Under the pieces are notes generated by a model. It was not told the origin of the DNA. It did no database searches and saw only the letters and a program-made list of their open reading frames with translations. Below, piece by piece: positions 19,637 to 25,668 of a DNA stretch of 46,243 nt (position 1 is the first letter of the stretch; each line of letters starts with the position of its first letter). This DNA is from Candidatus Amesbacteria bacterium RBG_19FT_COMBO_48_16 (GTDB taxonomy: Bacteria > Patescibacteriota > Microgenomatia > CAZETR01 > Amesbacteraceae), in the NCBI GenBank assembly GCA_001775555.1, contig MEXE01000042.1:1-46243 (forward strand). The letters run 5' to 3'. Both the position numbers and the translations under genes were made by a program.

Positions 19637-19945
19637 TCACATCTTCACTTCAATATCCACTCCTGCCGGCAGATCCAGGTGCGACAAGCCCTCGATGGTT
19701 TTATCCGTCGGGTCCACAATATCAATCAGTCGCTTGTGCACCAGCATCTCATAATGGTCCCGGGCGTTTTTGTCCACATGCGGAGAAGTCGTTACTACAA
19801 TCAGTTTTCGATCGGTAGGTAAGGGGATTGGCCCAATCACTTTAGCGCCTGTGGTTACCGCCGCATCCAGTATTTTGGCTGCCGCTTCATCTATAACTCT
19901 GTGGTCGAACGATTTTAATTTTACTCGCAATCTCCCCTTTGCCAT
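19637..19945 (-). CDS. rpsJ: 30S ribosomal protein S10
   Basis: RVKLKSFDHRVIDEAAAKI...GPIPLPT... Confidence 0.95.
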   Translation of the reverse strand: MAKGRLRVKLKSFDHRVIDEAAAKILDAAVTTGAKVIGPIPLPTDRKLIVVTTSPHVDKNARDHYEMLVHKRLIDIVDPTDKTIEGLSHLDLPAGVDIEVKM

Positions 19946-19985
19946 ATCAAGGTGCTACTTAGCACTTCGTACTTAGTACTTAGTA

Positions 19986-21164
19986 CTAGCTTATAATTTT
20001 TGTGACTACCCCGGCTCCCACGGTCTTGCCGCCTTCGCGGACGGCAAACCGCAAGCCTTCTTCCAAGGCCACCGGGACAATCAGTTTTACCGTCATTTTG
20101 GCGTCATCTCCCGGCATCACCATTTCGACGCCAGAAGGCAGGGTCACTTCTCCCGTCACATCCGTAGTCCGGATATAAAACTGCGGCCTGTACCCCGTAA
20201 AAAATGAAGTATGCCTGCCCCCCTCTTCTTTTTTCAGGATATATACCTGGGCCTCAAACTCAGTATGCGGGGTTACTGTTCCCGGTTTGGCGATCACCTG
20301 TCCGCGCTCCACCTTATCCTTATCAATTCCCCGAAGCAGTAAGCCTACATTGTCTCCTGCCTGTCCTTCATCCAACGACTTGCGAAACATTTCCACTCCG
20401 GTAACCACCGTCGACTGCGTCGGCTTAATCCCTACGATTTCTACCGTCTCGTTGACTTTTACCACCCCCCGCTCAATTCTCCCGGTTACCACCGTCCCCC
20501 GGCCTTTGATCGAGAACACATCCTCGACCGGCATCAGGAAAGGCTTATCCAGCTCCCGCACCGGAGTCGGGATATATTCATCCACCTTTGCCATTAGCTC
20601 CACTATCGCTTCCTCAGCTTTGGCGTCCCCCTCGGTTGCTTTCAGGGCAGAGCCGCGAATTATCGGCACCTCATTTCCCGGATAACCGTACTTTGTCAAA
20701 AGCTCCCGTACCTCCATTTCTACCAGGTCCAGCAATTGCGGATCATCCACCATGTCCGTTTTATTCATAAACACCACGACCGCCGGCACATTCACCTGCT
20801 TGGCCAGTAAAATGTGTTCTCGTGTTTGCGGCATCGGTCCGTCGGGCGCTGATACCACCAAAATCGCCCCGTCCATTTGCGCAGCTCCCGTAATCATATT
20901 CTTGATATAGTCGGCATGCCCGGGAGCGTCAATATGGGCGTAATGCCGTTTCTCGGTTTCGTACTCCTGGTGTGACAGGTTAATGGTTACTCCCCGCGCT
21001 TTTTCTTCCGGCGCCGAATCAATTTCGTCGTATTTTTTGGCAGTAGCCAGTCCCTTTTTGGCCAGAACCACAGTGATGGCCGAAGTCAGCGTGGTCTTGC
21101 CGTGATCCACATGACCGATAGTGCCGATGTTGACATGAGGTTTAGAGCGGACAAATGTTGCCAT
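19986..21164 (-). CDS. tuf: Elongation factor Tu
   Basis: [35 protein letters not shown] and NKTD. The start is placed at ATG 21164. Confidence 0.98.
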   Translation of the reverse strand: MATFVRSKPHVNIGTIGHVDHGKTTLTSAITVVLAKKGLATAKKYDEIDSAPEEKARGVTINLSHQEYETEKRHYAHIDAPGHADYIKNMITGAAQMDGAILVVSAPDGPMPQTREHILLAKQVNVPAVVVFMNKTDMVDDPQLLDLVEMEVRELLTKYGYPGNEVPIIRGSALKATEGDAKAEEAIVELMAKVDEYIPTPVRELDKPFLMPVEDVFSIKGRGTVVTGRIERGVVKVNETVEIVGIKPTQSTVVTGVEMFRKSLDEGQAGDNVGLLLRGIDKDKVERGQVIAKPGTVTPHTEFEAQVYILKKEEGGRHTSFFTGYRPQFYIRTTDVTGEVTLPSGVEMVMPGDDAKMTVKLIVPVALEEGLRFAVREGGKTVGAGVVTKIIS

Positions 21165-21257
21165 ATGCGAAAAAATCCAGTCCTTTCGAACTAATACCAA
21201 ATTTTAAAGTATAAATTTCCTCGGCGCAAGAGGTAAATTCACCCTTTTGCATTTGGC

Positions 21258-23402
21258 TTAAGCCGCCACTTTCCCGCTCTTGGTGATGATACCCTCGGCA
21301 ATGTTTTTGGGTACTTCCTCATAATGTGACGGTTCCATGTAGTATGACGCCCGGCCTTGGGACAAGGAGCGCAGCTTCGTCGCATACCCGGACAATTCCG
21401 CCAGGGGAGCAAAGGCGTTAATGATCGTCAGGTGCCCTCTTTTGTCCGTCCCCGAAATCTGCGCCCGCTTGGAGGACAGATCCCCGATGACTTCCCCCAT
21501 AAATTCATCCGGTGCGGACACTTCCACTTTCATTACCGGCTCCAAAAGCGTCGGTTCTGCCGCCTTGGCTGCGTGTTGGAAGGCCATCGACCCGGCGATT
21601 TTAAACGCCATTTCCGATGAGTCTACATCGTGGTACGTCCCGTCATACAAAGTAATCTTCACATCCACCGTCGGGTACCCGGCCAAAACCCCGTTTTCCA
21701 GCGCGTCTTTTATCCCTTTTTCTACTGCCGGAATGAACTCTCCCGGTATAGCTCCGCCCTTAATGGCATTCACAAACTCGTATCCAACTCCCCGGACCTG
21801 GGGCTCTATTTTTATAAAGCAGTGTCCGTACTGGCCCCGCCCGCCGGATTGGCGGATATATTTGCCTTCCCCTTCGGCTGATTTCTTTACGGTTTCCTTG
21901 TAAGCTACTTGCGGAGCGCCCGTCCCCGCATCTACGTTAAATTCCCGCTTCATCCGGTCCACGATAATCTCCAGATGTAGCTCTCCCATCCCCGAAATGA
22001 TTGTCTGCCCCGTCTCATGATTGGTTTTTATAGTAAAGGTCGGGTCTTCGTCCGATAATTTATTCAACGCATAACCCATTTTTTCCTGATCCGCTTTGGT
22101 CTTAGGTTCGATAGCCAGGGAAATTACCGGATCCGGAAAAGTTATTGATTCCAGTACAATCGGGGCTCCTTTATCGCACAGCGTATTCCCCGTTGTAGTC
22201 TCCTTTAATCCCACCAAAGCCACAATCTCTCCCGCAAACGCCTGGTCGATTTCTTCCCGTTTGTTGGCGTGCATCAGAAGCATCCGCGACACCCGTTCTT
22301 CTCGGTCTTTGGTGGCGTTATAGACCGCTTGTCCCGACTTCAGCATGCCCGAATAAATCCGCAGGTAAGTCAGGCGCCCTACATGCGGATCGGTTTGGAT
22401 TTTGAAAGCCAGGCCGGAAAACGCCTCTTCGTTGACGGTTTTCCTGACAGTTTCCTCACCGGTTTTTGGATTTATCCCTTTGACATGGTCAATGTCCACC
22501 GGGCTGGGTAAATACTCCACAATCGCGTCCAGCATCGGCTGCACCCCCTTGTTTCGCAAAGAAGCCCCGGCGTAAACCGGCACCATTTTATATGCGATTA
22601 CAGCTTTTCGCAAAGCAGTTTTCAGCTCTTTTACGGGCGGCTCATTACCCGCCAGAAACTGTTCCAGAAGCATGTCATCCGTTTCGCAGATTTGCTCAAC
22701 TAGTTTTGACCGCCAGGTTTCCACAACCGTTGTCATGTCCGACGGGATCTCTTCCTCCGTGAATTTGGTTCCGGTTTCATCCCCCTGCCATACCAGCGCC
22801 TTTCTTTCCAGAAGCAGGACCACTCCCCGGAAGGAATGCTCTGCCCCGATGGGGTAGGTCATCACTGCCGGATTGGCGCCCAATCTCTCGATTACCGCTT
22901 TCACTGTCCCTTCAAAATTAGCTCCCAGTTTGTCGTTTTTGTTTACAAAAATTATTCGGGGGACTTTATATTTATCCGCTTGCCGCCACACCGTCTCTGT
23001 TTGTGACTGCACTGTTTCCTCCGCGTCCAAAACCGTGACCGCTCCGTCCAAAACCCGCAAACTTCTCTCCACTTCCGCCGTAAAATCCACATGCCCCGGC
23101 GTATCGATGATATTCACCCGGAAGGCTTCGTTACCGACCGGCGAATTCGGGTCGGTTACCGCCCAAAACGTCGTAGTGGCCGCCGAAACAATTGTGATCC
23201 CTCTTTCCCGCTCCTGGGCCATCCAGTCCATTTGCGTCGTCCCTTCGTCAATATCCCCGATCTTGTAGCTCTTGCCTGTGTAATACAAAATCCGTTCCGT
23301 CGTCGTCGTCTTCCCCGCGTCGATATGGGCAATTATCCCAATATTCCGCACCCGATCCAACGGCACATTCCTGTTCGTAGTCTTAATATCTCCTGCAGCC
23401 AT
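21258..23402 (-). CDS. fusA: Elongation factor G
   Basis: IGIIAHIDAGKTTTTERILYY and DTPGHVDF; 714 aa. Confidence 0.98.
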   Translation of the reverse strand: MAAGDIKTTNRNVPLDRVRNIGIIAHIDAGKTTTTERILYYTGKSYKIGDIDEGTTQMDWMAQERERGITIVSAATTTFWAVTDPNSPVGNEAFRVNIIDTPGHVDFTAEVERSLRVLDGAVTVLDAEETVQSQTETVWRQADKYKVPRIIFVNKNDKLGANFEGTVKAVIERLGANPAVMTYPIGAEHSFRGVVLLLERKALVWQGDETGTKFTEEEIPSDMTTVVETWRSKLVEQICETDDMLLEQFLAGNEPPVKELKTALRKAVIAYKMVPVYAGASLRNKGVQPMLDAIVEYLPSPVDIDHVKGINPKTGEETVRKTVNEEAFSGLAFKIQTDPHVGRLTYLRIYSGMLKSGQAVYNATKDREERVSRMLLMHANKREEIDQAFAGEIVALVGLKETTTGNTLCDKGAPIVLESITFPDPVISLAIEPKTKADQEKMGYALNKLSDEDPTFTIKTNHETGQTIISGMGELHLEIIVDRMKREFNVDAGTGAPQVAYKETVKKSAEGEGKYIRQSGGRGQYGHCFIKIEPQVRGVGYEFVNAIKGGAIPGEFIPAVEKGIKDALENGVLAGYPTVDVKITLYDGTYHDVDSSEMAFKIAGSMAFQHAAKAAEPTLLEPVMKVEVSAPDEFMGEVIGDLSSKRAQISGTDKRGHLTIINAFAPLAELSGYATKLRSLSQGRASYYMEPSHYEEVPKNIAEGIITKSGKVAA

Positions 23403-23485
23403 ATAGTGCTAATAAGTCAAAAAAAATAGCGCTTTCGCACCGCCTATTCTACCAAAGTTAACCACGGCCAACAATCATGAGTTTA

Positions 23486-23701
23486 TCACGGCAAATGTTC
23501 CCTAGTTCGAGAAATCAAGCCCTCCAATTTTCTTTGTGCCCCCTCTGTATCTTCAATAGCCTGTATGCCAAACCGCAACAACCCCACTAACTCTTCATTT
23601 CTCTTTCTGCCCTCTTCCCCCGATAAATCCCTTTTTGATATCTCATCAACAGCCCAAAGAGCTCCTAGAATGGCCACCAACCTAATATTTCTAGAATCCA
23701 T
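23486..23701 (-). CDS. Hypothetical protein (71 aa) heading the fusA-tuf-S10 transcription unit
   Basis: The ORF is preceded by a near-consensus promoter (next feature). It occupies the position where rpsL-rpsG normally sit. No recognisable family. Confidence 0.45.
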   Translation of the reverse strand: MDSRNIRLVAILGALWAVDEISKRDLSGEEGRKRNEELVGLLRFGIQAIEDTEGAQRKLEGLISRTREHLP

Positions 23702-23709
23702 ACAGACAC

Positions 23710-23737
23710 ATTATAGGTCAAGCTTTACATTTGTCAA
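23710..23737 (-). promoter_or_regulatory. Near-consensus promoter TTGACA-N16-TATAAT (minus strand)
   Basis: The minus strand reads TTGACAaatgtaaagcttgaccTATAATgtgtctgtATG. The -10 box ends 8 nt before the ATG of the 71-aa ORF. Confidence 0.6.
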
Positions 23738-23759
23738 CTTAGCACTCCAGTAGTACAAT
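23731..23759 (+). promoter_or_regulatory. Candidate dnaJ promoter TTGTCA-N17-TACAAT
   Basis: TTGTCA at 23731-23736 and TACAAT at 23754-23759. Its -35 box overlaps the -35 box of the divergent minus-strand promoter. Confidence 0.5.
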
Positions 23760-23765
23760 TGCCAG
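23739..23765 (+). promoter_or_regulatory. CIRCE-like operator with a perfect left arm (TTAGCACTC-N9-AATTGCCAG)
   Basis: Left arm 9/9 and right arm 5/9 to the CIRCE consensus. It sits inside the dnaJ promoter spacer and -10. Confidence 0.5.
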
Positions 23766-23780
23766 TATCACCCCTTTGAT

Positions 23781-23803
23781 CCCCCTCTTAATTTAAGAGG
23801 GGG
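23781..23803. repeat. Palindromic hairpin repeat, copy A (CCCCCTCTTAA-T-TTAAGAGGGGG)
   Basis: Perfect 11+1+11 palindrome in the dnaJ 5' leader. It is followed by AAGGAGGGGGTGATATTTATG. Confidence 0.9.
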
Positions 23804-23829
23804 AAACCTGAAAGGAGGGGGTGATATTT

Positions 23830-24726
23830 ATGGCTACCAAGCGCGACTATTACGATATCTTAGGCGTATCCAAGACGGCCTCAGCCGCCGAGCTCAAAAG
23901 CGCCTATCGCAAGTTGGCTTTGCAGTGGCATCCGGACCGCAACAAATCCCCCGATGCTGAAACCCGCTTCAAGGAAATCAACGAAGCTTACCAGGTTCTT
24001 TCCGACTCCAAAAAGAAACAAACTTATGACCAGTTCGGCCACGCGGCTTTTGATCCTTCTATGGGCGGCGGGGCCGGAGGTCCGTTCGGCGGCGTTAGGG
24101 GACAGCGTGGAGGTTTCCAGCAGGGCCCCTTTACCTATTACTATACTTCCGGCGGCGGCAGCCCGTTTGGCAACGTCGACTTCGGCGGCTTTTCTGACCC
24201 TTTTGAAATTTTCGAGCAGTTTTTCGGCGGGTCAAACCCCTTTGGCCGCAGACAACCCGTCAAACCCCATTATTCCCTGCGTATCCCTTTTATGGCCGCA
24301 GTCAAAGGCAATACCGAATCGGTCACCATAGAGGGTAAGACGCATACCATCAAAATCCCGGCTGGTGCTGATACCGGCACCCACCTGCGTTTCAAAGATT
24401 TTGATATCACTTTCGAAGTCGAGCCTGACCCCCGTTACCGCCGCGACGGCGCCGATGTCTACCTGGACCACGCCATCCCTTTTACCTTGGCTATTTTAGG
24501 GGGTCAGACTCAAGTCCCGACCCTGGACGGCAGCCTCCAGCTCAAAATTCGTCCCGGCACCCAGCCGGCCACCACTATTCGCCTTTCCGGCAAAGGGATC
24601 CCTAAGCTTCATTCACTCCGCAATGAAGACCGGGGAGACCTCTACATTCGCTTAATAATCACTCTTCCCGACCGCCTCTCCCGCCATCAGAAAGAATTAC
24701 TGGAAGAGTTTGAGCATTCTTCTTAA
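23830..24726 (+). CDS. dnaJ: J-domain co-chaperone, type II (DnaJ/CbpA-like, no Cys-rich zinc finger)
   Basis: [13 protein letters not shown]...HPDRN J domain, then a G/F-rich linker and C-terminal beta domains. No CxxCxGxG repeats. The start is at ATG 23830, 8 nt after AAGGAGGGGG. Confidence 0.9.
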   Translation: MATKRDYYDILGVSKTASAAELKSAYRKLALQWHPDRNKSPDAETRFKEINEAYQVLSDSKKKQTYDQFGHAAFDPSMGGGAGGPFGGVRGQRGGFQQGPFTYYYTSGGGSPFGNVDFGGFSDPFEIFEQFFGGSNPFGRRQPVKPHYSLRIPFMAAVKGNTESVTIEGKTHTIKIPAGADTGTHLRFKDFDITFEVEPDPRYRRDGADVYLDHAIPFTLAILGGQTQVPTLDGSLQLKIRPGTQPATTIRLSGKGIPKLHSLRNEDRGDLYIRLIITLPDRLSRHQKELLEEFEHSS

Positions 24727-24743
24727 ATTTCACCTCTCTAGCT

Positions 24744-24764
24744 CCCCTCTTAATCTAAGAGGGG
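24744..24764. repeat. Palindromic hairpin repeat, copy B (CCCCTCTTA-ATC-TAAGAGGGG)
   Basis: It begins 17 nt after the dnaJ stop and also encodes the last codons and stop of the DUF559 pseudogene on the minus strand. Confidence 0.9.
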
Positions 24765-25122
24765 AGGACCAATTCAATTTTATGAAGTACTTGAGAGAGA
24801 TTATTTTTAACTTCCCAATTCCAGAACCTAATTAACTTGATCCCCCAGGCATTGAGCAATTCAGTGCGGTATTGATCGTAAATTTTTTGACCCAAATTTC
24901 TATGAACAGCACCATCTACTTCAATAGCCAATTTTCCTTTCGGACAATAAAAATCGACGACATAACCTTCTACACTGTACTGTATTGTCTAATAAACTTA
25001 TACCCAAGAGTACTCTTCTTAAGACAACTCCATAAGATTTTCTCAGCTTCAGTGGCGTGATTTCGCAACTCTTTTCTTCTTGATTTGAGGGATGAAGTAT
25101 TAAAAATATACCGTCGCCTCAT
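24755..25122 (-). pseudogene. DUF559 (Vsr/restriction-endonuclease-like) protein gene, frameshifted
   Basis: Manual translation gives MRRRYIFNTSSLKSRRKELRNHATEAEKILWSCLKKSTLGYKFIRQYS, then a frameshift, then VEGYVVDFYCPKGKLAIEVDGAVHRNLGQKIYDQYRTELLNAWGIKLIRFWNWEVKNNLSQVLHKIELVLPS. The frameshift is a 5-bp tandem duplication, ACTGT-ACTGT at 24974-24983. Removing one unit restores a 121-codon ORF (120 aa plus stop). Confidence 0.8.
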
Positions 25123-25142
25123 AATCAGAGTTTATGCAATTT

Positions 25143-25163
25143 CCCCTCTTAAATTAAGAGGGG
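25143..25163. repeat. Palindromic hairpin repeat, copy C (CCCCTCTTAA-A-TTAAGAGGGG)
   Basis: It is followed by tgccgcAGGCGGGGTGATAT, which parallels copy A's aaacctgaaAGGAGGGGGTGATAT. Confidence 0.9.
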
Positions 25164-25239
25164 TGCCGCAGGCGGGGTGATATAAACAAAATCCTGGAAG
25201 AATTTGAGGAGACTTAAAGTGTTAATATAATGTATAAGT

Positions 25240-25575
25240 ATGTCTCAAGACGAAGGCCAAGAAACCCCGGAAGCAGAGATAACCGAAATCGGAGCTCCCC
25301 CCCACACAATAAGAACACCTACCGGAAAAAGCGTCGGCTCGGCAGAAACAGATACAGACGAACGCATCCCCATCCAGGTAACCGAAGTTCCCGGAGGAAA
25401 AATGCCCGGCCAGGTTGAAGCTGAAAAGGCAACCGCTGAAGGGAAGGAAATACGAAAACAGCGAGCCGAGGAACAGGCTGAGCTAAAAAAACGGCGAAAA
25501 CGAGCGAAAGCATCACCCCTCAAGCCTTTGTCCCCCGAAGCAGAAAAAGATTTAATCGGCCGCCTCTCAAGCTAG
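25240..25575 (+). CDS. Hypothetical charged, low-complexity protein (111 aa) upstream of nusA
   Basis: It is the best of four overlapping ORFs in a purine-rich stretch. It is preceded by TTGAGG-N16-TATAAT, with the -10 box ending 8 nt before the ATG. It occupies the slot usually held by rimP but shows no RimP similarity. Confidence 0.4.
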   Translation: MSQDEGQETPEAEITEIGAPPHTIRTPTGKSVGSAETDTDERIPIQVTEVPGGKMPGQVEAEKATAEGKEIRKQRAEEQAELKKRRKRAKASPLKPLSPEAEKDLIGRLSS

Positions 25576-25602
25576 TAGTTCCTGGCACAGACAGGGTTTT
25601 AT

Positions 25603-25611
25603 TGGTATAAT
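25603..25611 (+). promoter_or_regulatory. Extended -10 element TGGTATAAT upstream of nusA
   Basis: TGGTATAAT at 25603-25611. The identical 9-mer occurs upstream of pnp at 30076-30084. Confidence 0.4.
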
Positions 25612-25634
25612 CACATAAGGTCAAGACACAAACC

Positions 25635-25663
25635 AGGTGGGAAGTAATTTGCCCACCTTTTTT
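25635..25663 (+). terminator. Intrinsic-terminator-like hairpin directly before nusA
   Basis: AGGTGGG-aagtaatttg-CCCACCT followed by TTTTT. It ends 5 nt before the TTG at 25669 and 17 nt before the ATG at 25681 of nusA. Confidence 0.55.
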
Positions 25664-25668
25664 GTAGC

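Larger units (their letters stand above)
24728..25193. mobile_element. ~0.47-kb cassette (hairpin B, DUF559 pseudogene, hairpin C) between the dnaJ stop and a second dnaJ-3'-end-like sequence
   Basis: CTGGAAGAGTTTGAG at 24700-24714 recurs as CTGGAAGAATTTGAG at 25194-25208. Both copies are followed shortly by TAA. Confidence 0.4.

Noticed and set aside
19946-19985. Short TACTTAG x3 repeats and a GTGCT-actt-AGCAC hairpin between tuf and rpsJ
   Set aside because: The repeats and hairpin are too short and degenerate to assign a function. This is probably just the rpsJ leader or SD region.
23404-23412. TAGTGCTAA just upstream of the fusA start as another CIRCE half site
   Set aside because: There is no left arm 9 nt upstream (ATATCTCCT). 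An 8-mer match is expected by chance about once in a window this size.
583-23429. Numerous 60-200-aa track ORFs antisense to or out of frame with lepA-adjacent, chaperone, ribosomal, EF-Tu and EF-G genes
   Set aside because: Each overlaps a confidently identified conserved gene. They have low-complexity or Pro/Arg/Ser-rich translations and are treated as shadow ORFs.
25230-25523. Alternative ORFs overlapping the 111-aa ORF (25230 plus strand, 25245 minus strand, 25319 minus strand)
   Set aside because: Arg/Ser/Pro-rich products are typical of out-of-frame reading of a purine-rich stretch. Only the 25240 frame has a promoter-like element and a plausible composition.
25583-25588. TGGCAC as a sigma-54 -24 element upstream of nusA
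   Set aside because: The required TTGC at -12 spacing is absent; GGGT follows instead.
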